Assembly (NCBI GenBank): GCA_030265395.1
Contig: JARFYF010000060.1
Location: 11,856,673 to 11,920,672, forward strand
Length of the DNA stretch: 64,000 bases
Direction of reading: 5' to 3'
From: Rhina ancylostomus
Lineage: Eukaryota
Shown: in pieces, positions 14,556-26,905 of the stretch
How the letters are laid out: each line of letters opens with the position of its first letter
Numbering within the stretch: the stretch's first letter is position 1
The notes under the pieces: generated by a model
Databases searched by the model: none
The model's input: only the letters and a program-made list of their open reading frames with translations
What the model was told of the DNA's origin: nothing
Made by a program: the position numbers and the translations under genes

Positions 14556-14637
14556 CCCCCACAACACACAAAAACACTCATGCGCCAAATAACAAGTTAT
14601 GCCCTAAAACATTGTTGAGCAAAAAAAAAACCAAACC

Positions 14638-14775
14638 GCTGGAGGAACTTGACACCCTTCATCTAGACCCGAAACGTCGACTATTTCCCTCCTCAGATGC
14701 TGTCTGACCCATTGAGTTCCTCCAGTAGTTTTTTTGTTATTCCACATTTCAGTATCTGCAGTCCCTTGTGTCTCT
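14638..14775. mobile_element. Penelope-derived short inverted-repeat element
   Basis: Inverted arms ctggaggaact / agttcctccag, CCCGAAACGTCGAC core, and agtatctgcagtcccttgtgtct tail shared with 50143-50466. Confidence 0.6.
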
Positions 14776-14914
14776 ATTCATCTGAAAGTTGTCTGTTAGA
14801 TTTTTCATGCCCTGATATTTAATTAGTGGACAGGTTTTGGAACTGGAGATCAGTGGACAAAATGTCATAGTCGTTAATCAACCGGGGATGAAGAGTTTTA
14901 TTCATTATGGGAGT

Positions 14915-15080
14915 TTGTGAATGTCTCTGACAAGATCCCTCCTTAAACTCCCTTGATGGTGAGCTGCTGCCTTCAACCACATCAGTCCTTCTGGTGAAGA
15001 TGCTCTTGGGGAAGAATTTCTGGGATTTAGACCCAGTGATAATGAAGGAATGGTGATGTTTCCCTGTCCTGGCAGGACCC
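14915..15080 (-). mobile_element. CR1/L2-clade LINE 3' end
   Basis: Reverse complement of the gcagctcacca... tail also seen at 28020-28397 and 58600-58850. Confidence 0.6.
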
Positions 15081-15839
15081 TCGGTNNNNNNNNNNNNNNN
15101 NNNNNNNNNNNNNNNNNNNNNNNGAAGGTTCGGTGAAACTGGGAGTCGCTGCCGGAGATCAGAGCCAAAAAATCAAACCTGCAACTTAAGGTCAGAGGTG
15201 TAAGAGAGGAAAAAAAGAACATGTCTGTCTGTGGTCGAGTGGAGAACAGGAGGGATCAACCGGTACAAAAGATGGCGTGTTGCCGAGAGAGGGGGTGAAG
15301 GCTCTTTAATTGTTGTTCTCCACAAGTTGCAGATGGAAGGAAATGAATGAAGGAGAGAGAAAATACTGAAAATGGGATACAAAACACGGCAGGAAATCTA
15401 AAATAAAAGGGAACGCTAACATACCCAGCAGGTTGTACAGCATCCGTAGACTGAAAAAAATACGCCAGTTTTAGCACAAAATGCAAAGGTCAGTTATCTA
15501 AAATCATTGAACTTAGTGTTGTTTTTCGACTACAGATGCTGGAAAACTGATTCAAAAGCAGAAGTACCCCCAACGGCTGGTCATATCTGTCCAGAGGACG
15601 GAGAAGTTGACATGGAGCCACAACCAGACCTATTAATCTTCTAACCGAATGTTGCCCAGCCTGTTGGGCATATCCACAAAATTGTGTTCTCTCATACACT
15701 TGCATTGTTGAAACAAAAACTGAGCAAGTAAAATGCGTCTGGCTGGTGGGTGGGGTATTTTTAGAAGTTGATAACAGACTTAACTTTGTTTAGAAATAAC
15801 GGGTTTTTCAAAAGAAACGCAAAGCGCTTGCACTAATTA

Positions 15840-16090
15840 TCGTAATCGATGTGTTTCATCAGGCGCTTCTTTCAGTACCTGGGCCAGCTCCCGATAACAA
15901 ACGCTACCTGCGCCAACATGCCCAGCAGGCATAGTCATTGATTCCAATCCTCCGCCCAGAGCTTCCCCATTGGCTAATCGCGGCCGTATTCCCTGGCGAA
16001 GTGCAAATCTTTTACTTCAGTAAATAGTCTCTCAACCTCCTACAAACCTGTTGCATCTAAATAAGAGTCTCGCTAATAAAAGACCCGCCG
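15840..16090 (+). promoter_or_regulatory. bsx proximal promoter
   Basis: CCAAT at 15944-15948, GC box CCGCCC at 15952-15957, reverse CCAAT (ATTGG) at 15969-15973, TATA-like TAAATA at 16021 and 16058. CpG-rich and 80-330 bp upstream of the ATG. TSS not determinable. Confidence 0.7.
15871..15891 (+). promoter_or_regulatory. RE1/NRSE (REST binding site) in bsx promoter
   Basis: TTCAGTACCTGGGCCAGCTCC matches the RE1 consensus TTCAGCACCACGGACAGCGCC at 16/21 positions with canonical half-site spacing; two of the mismatches are in the variable linker. Confidence 0.7.
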
Positions 16091-16170
16091 GGCTAGTTAG
16101 CGGAGTTTCCACGCAGAAACACAAAACGAAAGAACCCCTCTTTGGACTGTCAGTCAGAGAAGCTGGAACG

Positions 16171-16432
16171 ATGAACCTGAATTTTACGTCCCCGATTCAC
16201 CAGGTTTCTGCCCAGCGGCCAACGTCTTTCTTCATCGAAGATATTTTACTGCACAAACCCAAGCCCGTGAGAGAAGCCCCTCCCGTTTCTTATGCCAGTT
16301 CCTTGGCATCCCGTGTCCCTCTGCTAGAATATGGATACCCGATAATGCCAACTCCGACGATACTGGCACCGCATCCTCATCACCCACTCCACAAGCCGGA
16401 GCATCATCACCCTTACTTTCTCACGTCGCCTG
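16171..16432 (+). CDS. bsx: bsx exon 1 (brain-specific homeobox), coding part
   Basis: ATG at 16171 gives MNLNFTSPIHQVSAQRPTSFFIEDILLHKPKP..., the BSX N-terminus with an eh1 motif (FFIEDIL, 16228-16248) and a His/Pro-rich tract. Consensus donor G|GTAAGT at 16433, phase 1. Confidence 0.96.
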
Positions 16433-17809
16433 GTAAGTCCATCTGTTAATTCTTAAATGGGAGTAGAACAGTAAAAGGACGTGTTTGTCAGCCGAAAGAA
16501 GGCAAGAGGGGTATTTTAAGTTTAAAGTGCGTTTCTCGGTACGTGCAAGCATCAGAGGCAGTCTGCCGCGAAAATACGGAGCAATGTCAAGACAACGCTC
16601 ACACTTCGTGTTTATTTAGTTACCTGTTTCCCAAGAGTTAATCCAGCGCATTAAATAAATATTTTTGGTAGTATACAAATTCTTCACAGTTGTGTTCCAG
16701 GCATCAGGAGTTAGGTTGCAACTGTTCAGGTTCTGGGAATATATCGGAAACTGCGTACCAGTGTAATGTAATGAAAGTCTTAGACAGCGCTGCGCTCGGT
16801 GTGATGAAAAAAATAAGTGAGTTTAATCAAATATTCAAGCCAGAACTAAGCCGCAGACGCTGATCGAATGTTAAACTGATTTTGCGAATGCGACTGTTTT
16901 TAATGTTAACCTACGGGTAATATTTCAAAGTACGACTTGACGGCTGAAGTTTTGAACTTTTATTTCAATCTGCGCGACAGAGTTCTATTTCTTCTTTAGA
17001 AAACCATCTTTCAAAGTGGAATCGTTGCTGAAGTTTTGTTACCTTGTTGAAGTTAGAACCTAATGTGATTCCAGGCAAATACGACTGATAACGGTTTTAT
17101 CAATTTTATTTTGTGAACGAAAGTTAGCAAACTGACACTTGTTTTATCCAGATCCGGAGAATGAAATACTCGTTTTAAAGAGGTGTTAATCACTGTTTCA
17201 AAATCCCTCTTTTATTAAGAAATCTGAATGTATTGTGGCCTTTAATATTTAAAGCTTTGTTTTTAAAAGTGTATTTCAAATGAATAAGATTCATCTGAAC
17301 TTTTAACGGANNNNNNNNNNNNNNNNNNNNNNNNNNNNNNNNNNNNNNNNNNNNNNNNNNNNNNNNNNNNNNNNNNNNNNNNNNNNNNNNNNNNNNNNNN
17401 NNNNNNNNNNNNNNNNNNNNNNNNNNNNNNNNNNNNNNNNNNNNNNNNNNNNNNNNNNNNNNNNNNNNNNNNNNNNNNNNNNNNNNAAACACTCAATGCG
17501 GTCTCGAAGTTACATGAAGTAACATGACCACCTACACTAGATAGACTGCAGCTTCTCGCCAAAATGAAATATAAAACAGATTTCCAAAACACAGCTCTAA
17601 AAAATTTGCCTTTTATTCTATATGACATTAATATTGAAATATTCGTTAAATCTTTTGAAATTGTTAGAGTAAAATGAAACATTTAATATACCGATGCATT
17701 TTTTGTATTAAATATACGAAATAGTTCTTCTACTATGGTTATTAACGTTATATTAAACGTCAGATTCATAGCAACGTGAATTATTTTTGTTAAGTTACTA
17801 CCAGGCATT

Positions 17810-17952
17810 TAGACAGATTCTTAAGTAGGCAGAGCACAGAAGGATATTGTCCTAATGCGGATAGATGAGATTAGGGTAGATGGACAAAAAGGTCGGCATG
17901 GACGAGGTGGGCCGAAGGGCCCGGTTTTCTGCTGTACGACCCTATGGCTCTA
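17810..17952 (+). mobile_element. CR1 (HER1-like) LINE 3' tail in bsx intron 1
   Basis: ggcatggacgaggtgggccgaagggcccggttttctgctgtacgaccctatggctcta is the typical elasmobranch CR1 3' tail. Confidence 0.75.
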
Positions 17953-19511
17953 CTGCTTATTGATCAGGACTTCCACAATAACTCAGCAACTTTAGATATG
18001 TAGCACTTCTAAGGTAGAATATAACGCTTCAAAGGAGCGGTAACAAACAAAACAAATGACCCCAGACCAAAGACTATGTGAGGGTAACTGTCCAGACCAT
18101 GTTCAAAGTGGGAGGTTTGAATACGTTTATCAGACACAAGGTAAATCATGTAAATGCTGTGAAATCAATATTACGGGAACTGCCGAGTGGGTGTTGTATT
18201 GTTCGGCTGTTAGTTTGTTCAGGAACACATGACAATGGATATATCAGCGGGCCATCTTTGAACCGAAGTACAATGAAATTATTTGGGGAGTTGGTAAACA
18301 TAAATATCCGTTTGCCGATTTCTGCCCTAACTGGTGGCAACTATTAAGGGAGAAAGTGCGACTCGAACGCACTTCCCTTCACCACCACACATTGACTTTC
18401 AGTCTTTGAAAAAAGATGGCCTTTATCCTGTTCTAGAATTTCAGAGGAATTCGCCATTTCCTTTGTGTCTTAACACTAAACTTTGCAAGAATGACCATTA
18501 TTTTTAAACCATCGAATATGCGTTTAACCAAAGTATAAGTTAAAATACACTTTTAACCAAAGCTGTGATTTAAGATATATCTTATAGCTTATAATATAAG
18601 TTTTTTACCTACCGATCCGAAGTAACACCAGCGTATGATATATTTATATTGTAAACTTTTCTAAACTTCATAGTGGATCTTGGCAGAAGAATAAAGGAGA
18701 GGTACCAGTAGGTTCTGAACAAAGTCTATTATTACCAAGATAAATAAATCTCGTTATTCTACATCACGTTCCGTTGCTTGAAAAATGCACGGATTAACAC
18801 AAAATGATCAGATATATTCATCAATGGCCATCGTTATTATTATTTATTAAAACATCAGTTATGCGTTGTTGTGCAGGTCTGATACAACAAGCCTCCCAAC
18901 ACTCGCCTTTTATTGCCCCACACCAAACGTTTCGAGACAAACGCCAACGCCACAGCGAATCAGTACAGAATCGAAAATGCACCGGGAACTTTTGACAGGC
19001 AAAGATTTGTCAATTCCTTTAACAGATAACCCAATCTCAAAAATACTGTCCTGTTAATATATCACATCAAAGGGTAGCTCGAGTAGCATTCAACATTTAC
19101 AATGAAAAGGCACTTTACAGAAATCATCGTTTAACGAGTAAATAACTAAACATTTTTTAAATGTACATTGTTAAACGCGTATGTTATTTTCGTACGACCT
19201 TGGAGCTTAATTAGATAATCGTTGATTATCAATCTACCTCTAATGAAACAGATAAATACGTAAAACGTTCCAGAGGGTTGTTGTTGTAGCAGATGTGCTG
19301 CTGCTGATGGTGCTAAGTGGGGTACTTCAGTAAACCCACCTTTAGTCGACCGCTAGAATTCTTGGATAAATGGTGAGGATGGAGGACAGAACTCTGCAAC
19401 CCGTGGATCCCGTCACCAAGGGATATTTTACCGCGCAAGGAATCTTCATAACGATGAGTGGTGATTTGAGAAGAGAATTCATACTAAACATTGTGCCCTT
19501 GTTATCAGTAG

Positions 19512-19702
19512 GGATGCACGTGCCGGCTCTCTTCCAACACCCCCCTGAACTGCCAGGGAAACACTGCAGGCGGCGGAAAGCCCGGACCGTCTTCTCGGAC
19601 TCTCAGCTCTCGGGGCTGGAGAAGCGCTTCGAGATCCAGCGCTATCTGTCGACCCCAGAGAGGGTGGAACTGGCGTCGGCACTGAGTCTCTCGGAGACCC
19701 AG
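19512..19702 (+). CDS. bsx: bsx exon 2, homeodomain helices 1-2
   Basis: Acceptor ...ttatcagtag| in phase 1. Encodes GMHVPALFQHPPELPGKHCRRRKARTVFSDSQLSGLEKRFEIQRYLSTPERVELASALSLSETQ, the BSX homeodomain. Donor CAG|GTACAG, phase 0. Confidence 0.96.
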
Positions 19703-21059
19703 GTACAGCTGGGAGGGGGGGTTGCTAAATCTCGACTAAATTGTATTTTGGGCTAATACGGGAAGTTCTTCAGACTTTTCCAAAATAATTTCATTACACA
19801 AGACCAACCCAACTGATGTAAGGCATACACTGGGAGATGAAAACATCGAGGTTTTCAAACAACATCAACTGATATATAAAGAAAATTTGGGAGGAAATGA
19901 TAACTAGTATTCCCAAAGAATATGTGGTCTTTCCACAATGAAGTCAGACACGGCGAGCAACTGCTCACTGGCTCACGAGTAACTGTTGGCAGTGATGGTA
20001 GGCCAGGACTTCCATTGGACTGAGCCGGTCACCCACATTAAATGCACGGCCCGTTGACTCGAAGGCAAGTTAAACGGAAAGTTGTGCAGCCTCGAATGAA
20101 GTTTAATTCGGGCAGCTCACAATTTCTGCGTCCACTCATCGCGTTGTTGATGTCCCTACGGGACCTGGTTGTATTTGGCTCCAGACTTTTGAATCAATGT
20201 TCCCACTGAAAGCACCCCTCCCCCAACGACATCGCCGCCTTGCCCCCCCCCCCCCCAGCGCATGTAAAGAAGGTTACCATCACTCANNNNNNNNNNNNNN
20301 NNNNNNNNNNNNNNNNNNNNNNNGGAGCCAGGACACAGGGCTATTTCCCAAAACAAAATGCTTTCGAATATAATCAGCAGATTCCGCAGTGAGCACATAT
20401 TATGATCGTAAAGGTATGTTATCTAACAAGAGAAAACGGTGCAGTGAGAGTGAAATGATGCACTATCCTTGATTAAAACACTTTTTACTGATAGTCAACA
20501 GTATCGGCTCATTCACTATACCTGGTTCAATAACAAGTCACCTGTAGAAACTTCCCTCTGAAATTTCGAATCTCCCCTCTATAACTTTAATGCTGAGAGT
20601 TGTGATTTGTAGTGATGGCATTTTCTCAAATCCGGAGTGAAAACAATCAGACGGTGATATCCCGTTGATAGTTTTTGTTTAAACACATCATATTATTTGG
20701 ATAAAGCCTTCGGTCGCAAAGCATCCAATGTATTTTAAACCTGTTGCGATTAAATATTAATTCCAATTTTTAAAGAATCATTTTTATGTTTCTACAGAAA
20801 TAAGTTGTTTCGATTATTTTTATAAACCTCGTGGAAACACATTGGAGTATATTTTACAAAATTATTGTTGGGAGTTAATCCTTTGATTTGAGGAACCATT
20901 TCAAAAAGTAGTCTATGGTCAACAGCGGCTAACGGCACCCCTCGCCCGTTAGCAATATATAATAATATCTTGCGACAGGGCTTGTCTCTAAACTCACTCG
21001 GTCAATGGTGTTGTTCTTCCTGTCAAATTCTTTGTGCTTTTGGCCGGTGTGTTATCCAG

Positions 21060-21317
21060 GTTAAAACGTGGTTCCAGAACAGAAGAATGAAGCATAAAAA
21101 GCAGTTAAGAAAGTCCCGGGATGATCACAGTCAGAAAAACTCACCCACCGACGACCAGCGCCTCGATTCCAGCGTCAGTGAGACGGAAATAAACCCGAAA
21201 AATTCCATAGAGATAAAGTCCTTAAGCAGCCAGAACACCTTCCTGTTAGAGGGCCACGAAGATGATGTGGATATTATTGAAGACGATGATATTTGCTCTG
21301 CTGAACATATAGCGTAA
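21060..21317 (+). CDS. bsx: bsx exon 3, recognition helix and acidic C-terminus
   Basis: Acceptor ttatccag| in phase 0. Encodes VKTWFQNRRMKHKKQLRK (Q50 helix 3) ... EDDVDIIEDD; TAA at 21315-21317. Spliced CDS is 262+191+258 = 711 nt = 236 aa plus stop. Confidence 0.96.
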   Translation, partial: VKTWFQNRRMKHKKQLRKSRDDHSQKNSPTDDQRLDSSVSETEINPKNSIEIKSLSSQNTFLLEGHEDDVDIIEDDDICSAEHIA

Positions 21318-21649
21318 AAATAAGATTAAAACTTAAGATCTCGAAATACATCAGTAAGAGCTACTGTTCACACGGGAAATACTTTGAGACTGTTGGATTT
21401 GTGAGGGGGCTGGGCGAAGATCGCAGCAACCCCACCGACCCGACGCGCCAATCCCCGGACCGGACCTTCTGATAGTCTCCAACTCGGACGTTCTTTCCTG
21501 TATATAGTTAACTAACGAAAATCTAATATTTATGTCAAATATATTAGGCTGAAATAACGCCCGATGCTACCTATACTGTTAGTAATGTTGGCTCTTCAGT
21601 AGCACTTGTAGAATGCCTCTCGTGGACAATTTTAAGTTATATAAATGTT

Positions 21650-21655
21650 AATAAA
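21650..21655 (+). terminator. probable bsx polyadenylation signal AATAAA
   Basis: First AATAAA I noticed after the stop, about 330 nt downstream. Confidence 0.5.
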
Positions 21656-22029
21656 AATAATTTACAAGAAAATAGTATATAAACTTCTGACTCTTCAACT
21701 TAATCATTTAAAAGACTTTGTAAAGTCCGTCTGAATTAGATCTGTTATCAACCAATTTCCCTTCAACTTGATGTAAGCATAACTTCAAAACACTGGGATA
21801 AGGTTTTAAGCTAAACCCTGTAAAAAGAAACACGGCGTTGGATTTGTGTAGATAGCGCGTACTTACTAATTTAACAATTCAGTCCACCTTTTCTTATTAA
21901 TGATAGAAACTAATTTATACTATACTGCAGATTATTTACAGTGTTTACGGCATCAGTTTTGTTTGTAGAAAGTTTGAATAATTCACTGACTAGAATTTCA
22001 AATAGGGAAAATTAGATTCTGTTATTCTC

Positions 22030-22200
22030 TTTATAGTATATATTGTATATGGTATTTTCTATATAATATATGGTAAATGTAATCTTAATTATATAGTATA
22101 TGCTTTTTAAATATACTGTACGTGTTATCCTATGTATAATATATACTATGAAACATTCTCTACATAACATATACAATGTGTTGTACTGTACCATACATAT
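22030..22200. repeat. degenerate TA-rich low-complexity tract
   Basis: Repeated tata/atat/catat units downstream of bsx. Confidence 0.6.
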
Positions 22201-23479
22201 TGTTGTGTGTTATTTGCCAGTAAGGTAAAGAACATTAGCCTGGGTTTTAACATTTATGCATTGCTTGCGACCTGTTTCAACACAATCAATCTTTCTTATC
22301 TCCTTCCGTCTGTACAGTGTCTCCATGCAGTTAGTCCATGAATAATATCACAAAATTCAAATTGTGACTCAGAAAATAGATATTTAAAGGATATAATATT
22401 GTAAAGGCATCAGAACGTGCTTTTAAATTTATCAGATCCAGCTGGTTGATATCAATAGAAAATCAAGTAAGATTAAATTGCTGACCTTTAACGTCATTGT
22501 TTGATGCTATCATATCCTATCCTATTACACTTCATTGAACATGAAGCAGTTTGGGACAACTTAGGATCAGGAAGGGTGCAATCTTATTCTGTTAACAGTG
22601 GTTATAATGATCATAATTAGGCATCAATGTGTACAAACCATGTTGCACTGGTTTCCAAAATATTTGCCTTCAATTTTATCTACCTAAAAGTTCCAGCTTT
22701 CGGTTTCAAGATAAATTGTCTGTCATTTCAGCAGGTTTATAATAAAGCATGCATGCATCAAAACATGACTGATTTAGCAAATATCATATCAAATAATGAC
22801 CATTCTTTTAAGTTCCAAAATGATGCTCAAATTTATCACTACATATTGATGACACTTTAATCAGGATTCATTCAGGTCACCACATTGAAACTCCAATTTG
22901 GAATGAGAAACACTTGAATTAGTCTTCAATATATTTGAAACAATTGTGATATAATTTTCAGTGAAAATAAGAGAAAGAATTCATTTACTCTTCAGCAACA
23001 TGCATGGCTTATACTCGCATTACCTAGATAATGGAGCATATTTCACCACAAATAATCAAGTTACCTTAATTTATATTGCTGCTATTTTTATTCTTTTGGT
23101 ATGGAAATTCTGCCATATCACTTATTTTCATAAAGACCTGCCTCAATGACCACAAGTCTTTCTCCATGAATTGAATTTAAGGTCACTTATTGATACCTGG
23201 AAGCCAAAGTGAGTCCATCACAATCACCAGTGGTCATATGAATCAAGCACATTACATGTTCTCTCTGCTATTCCCAAACATACAGGCACATACATTTTTT
23301 TCTCTCGAAATTTAAAACTTAAAAAGACTTGTCCATGTGGAGTACTTAAATACTCTGGTGATGTTAATGGAAACTTTATGTCAACACCAGGAGCAAAATC
23401 AGGAAACATTTCCAGACAAAAAAAGGAGTCAAAATCTGAAATGCTCTCCACAAAACTATTCTGGTTGTTGGAATATTTG

Positions 23480-23650
23480 GCACTTTCAAGAGTGAGGTCA
23501 ATGCATTTTTATTTGTTTAGGGTATAAAGACATATGGAGCTATGGTGGGTAATTGGAGTTAAGATACTGATCAGCAATTATTTAATTGTATGTTGGAGCA
23601 AGCTTGAGCAGCTAAATGGACCTCTCCCTGATTGCTCCTACGTTCCCCTA
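23480..23650 (+). mobile_element. CR1-type LINE 3' end, decayed
   Basis: gggtataaagacatatgg...gagcaagcttgagcagctaaatggacct tail. Confidence 0.55.
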
Positions 23651-23669
23651 CTTGGTCAATGGCTTGAAG

Positions 23670-23902
23670 TTTATTTTATTTCATTTACAGCATGGTAACA
23701 GGCCGTTTCGGCCCAATGAGTCTGCGCCACCCAATTTAAACCCATATTAACCTACCCGTATGTCTTTGGAATGTGGGAGAAAACTGGAGCACCCGGAGAA
23801 AACCCACATAGGCATGGGAGAACGTACAAACTCTTTACAGGCAGTGACGGGAATCGAACCCCGATCACTGGTGCTGTAATAGCATTGCGCTAACCTCTAT
23901 AA
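23670..23902 (-). mobile_element. V-SINE (HE1-like tRNA-derived SINE)
   Basis: V-domain tgtgggagaaaactggagcacccggagaaaacccac...gagaacgtacaaact, B box GGTTCGATTCC on the minus strand, CR1-derived tail and A-rich end. Confidence 0.85.
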
Positions 23903-25124
23903 TACAAATAATGATACAATTTACATAGTGAAACAAATAATATGTAATGCTATGTAATGTTTTGCAATGATAAAAGTATGTTAAAAATTAATCAGATTTC
24001 ACAGTCTTTATCCTCATAACTAGGAACTACAGTACTGGACACTTTTCAGGTAGTAACTTGAAAAGATATGATGGAGCTCCCTTATTGATTTTCTATGGAA
24101 CTCTAGGTGAGACTAAATTGAAGGCTTTAAATGTAAGACCACTTTAGTAGCTGAGTTATTTGTAAGATTTAATAAGCACAGTTCTCATCAAAAAGTAATT
24201 TCCCAAACTTTTGACTGAGCAAATAAATTACATTGAAATTTAATTCACCAAATGCAAAATATATGGAGGAAAATTAGAATTATCTGTATAATCCTCATTT
24301 CATTATTGAAATAACATGAAAAAAATGTAAACCATTATCATTTAAGCTGTTAAATCAATAATTCTCTTTTGAGATGTGTAACCTTCTAGGATCCTGATGT
24401 TGAGTTGAAGTTTGTGTTCAAATCTCTTTCTAGTGGCTTTTGGCTACTCTTTTTTTTTGACAATTTCATTCATGAGTAGCTACAAAGCACAACACTGCCT
24501 ATGATTTAGAACTGATGGCCAATTTCTATTATAAAGACCTTTGGATGGCTGGTTGGCCTCTGTGGAAAATCACATTAGTGCAACAGGCATTGTTAAGACA
24601 TAGAACTGAGAAATGAACTTCTTTCTGCTGCTGGGTGTAAAAGGTGATATTGTCAAAGTGTGTTCATGAGGCAAAATCTTGCTCTACTCAAACAAATGGA
24701 TGGAGAATCATCTTAAACGTACTCAGACTTTCTGGCATACACTCCACACTAGCTATGCTTCATCCTGGGCTGCACATTCATAAAACCAGCCTCTCGTATC
24801 CAGATGAACTGGAAAATGATGGCAACCAAAGACTCATACTATAAGGCTAAATTGAATAGTACTGGAAAACAAGTGCAGGTATTAATCTGCACTCATTTAA
24901 TCAAGACAAAGTCAACACACCAAATTCATATTACTTACTATTACAATGATTTCTGCATCCACTCAGGAAGGGTTGTGCTGTTCTTTATCACATTAAGAGA
25001 GTGTCTACTTTGTGTGTGTGGGCACTGACTTGAGCTACTCTTCATTGTTTAAGACCAGCCAGTTGTGCATAAAGGAGAAACATATTGGCTCATTTCAAAA
25101 AGTGATTGGAATTTTTTTGTAAAT

Positions 25125-25611
25125 TTGGTATGTCACCAATGACTCTTGCAAATTTCGACAGATGTACAGTGGAGAGCATTCTGAATGGTTCCATCACCAC
25201 CTGGTATGGCACAGGTTTGAAAGCGGCTGCAGAGGGTTGAAGACTCAGCCAGCTCCATCATGGGAACAACCTTCCCTGCCATTGAGGATATCTTCAAGAG
25301 ATGATGCCTCAAGAAAGTGACATCCAACATTAAGTACCCTCACAATCTGGGACACACACTCTTAATGTTACCATCAGGGAGGATGTATGGGAGCCTGAAG
25401 ACACACACTCAATGCTTCAGAAAAGGCTTCTTCCCCTCTGCCATCAGATTTCTGAATGGTCCATGAGTCTGTGAACACTACCTCATTATTTCTCTTTTGC
25501 AGTATTTACTTATTTTAGTAATTTATGGTAATTTTTATGTCTTGCACTGTACTACTGCCACAAAACAACAAATTTCACAACATATGTCAGTGATAATAAA
25601 CCTGATTCTGA
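25125..25611 (+). mobile_element. Rex1-type LINE 3' portion
   Basis: Decayed ORF end (RCTVESILNGSITTWYG...) followed by a 3' UTR ending aataaacctgattctga. Confidence 0.8.
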
Positions 25612-26115
25612 ACTTTGTAGAAGAATCAGGTACGGAGCAGATTGCTTTGACATCGTGCTAGAGATCCCAATGTAGGAGCTGGAGAAGAGACACATATTCT
25701 ATCCAAAAGGCTCTTTAAATGTATCTTTTAAGGTAAAGGTAGGGGACAATTATAGAGACCAATGAAAGGAGTTACATCCCATGGACCTGGACGATGTGCC
25801 ACAGGAAGTTCAGTGGCTTCATGTATTGTTAAAGTAAATGAATATATCCTCAAATCCCATATTCCACTGGCTACACTATTAGACACACATATTGGTCAAG
25901 GCAACACAAGTTCTTCATTAAGCTGCCAACAATCTCTACCTGTCAGGATTTAGACCTAACTTTCATAAACCCATGGTTTTCCCACACACTCACTGAGCAA
26001 TCTTCTAAGCCTCACTTTCACACTTTACATTTTTCATTCACTACCAGCTAGAAATGTCTTATTTATCTCTTAAAGCTGGTTACTATGTGCACGTAGCCCT
26101 TTTTTATCTCCCAAG

Positions 26116-26132
26116 ATCTCTCTCTCTCTCTC
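26116..26132. repeat. (TC)n microsatellite
   Basis: tctctctctctctctct. Confidence 0.8.
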
Positions 26133-26399
26133 ACGTTTCCATCCTGTACCTAATCTGCAAGTGAATCAGTTGTACCAAACTGCTACAATGAAGAATGGTA
26201 AAATTAAAACAGTATGGACAGCCAGACATTGAACACAGCATAGGATTTAACAAAAGCCCAGCATAGACATAGGGAATAGGCAACTCTATACGCCTCTTCT
26301 ATTAATTTAATACTACCTTTAATATTACTGGTCAGCTATGAACAAAGTACTTTCCCCATTTTCTTGTCATAAGTGATTTTGTTTGCAACTTGTGCATTA

Positions 26400-26905
26400 G
26401 TTCTTTAAATACTAACCACTGACCTTCCACCATTATGCCTTTTAATGTATTCTCCCAATTAACCACAGCCAATTCTCCTCTGATAATTTCTTAGTTTCTT
26501 TTGTTTATATTTAAACCCTATTTTTGCAGTGAACCACGCAATGTAAAATTCTATTATACTGTCACTCTTCCTTAAAGGCCCTTTGACAACAAAATTATCA
26601 TTTAACTCTGTATCACAAAACAAGATCCAATATAGCCTTTTCACTCAGTGGTTGCTCAACACATTAATCTAAGAAAGCATCTTGTATACATTCCATTAAT
26701 TCACCTACCACATTATTACACCAAATTTTACTTGTCCAATCTATATGTAGATTAAAGTCTGCCATAGTCATTATTATACTCCTGATATCTGCACCACTAA
26801 TATCCTGATTTATGCAACAACTATTAGGTGGCCGATAAATAACTCCTATTAACATTTTTAGCCCTTTGTTATTCCTTAGCTCAACCCAAATTGAAATTGT
26901 GTCAC
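26400..26905 (-). mobile_element. CR1 LINE APE-endonuclease remnant
   Basis: LIGVIYRPPNS...MADFNLHIDW...MECIQDAFLD and VKGPLRKSD motifs in ORFs 26664-26855 and 26459-26644. Confidence 0.8.

Noticed and set aside
16051-16170. 40-aa N-terminal extension of BSX in the ORF track
   Set aside because: It starts at TTG within the promoter/5' UTR; the conserved BSX start is the ATG at 16171.
19296-19318. RE1-like sequences in bsx intron 1 (also ~16783-16808)
   Set aside because: Only one half-site matches; the GGACAG core or the spacing is wrong.
19370-19505. ATG-initiated in-frame extension upstream of bsx exon 2 (and the TTG one at 20970 before exon 3)
   Set aside because: Intronic read-through up to clear acceptors, with no homology.
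23840-23902. tRNA gene (A/B boxes on the minus strand)
   Set aside because: It is the tRNA-derived head of a V-SINE; there is no full cloverleaf.
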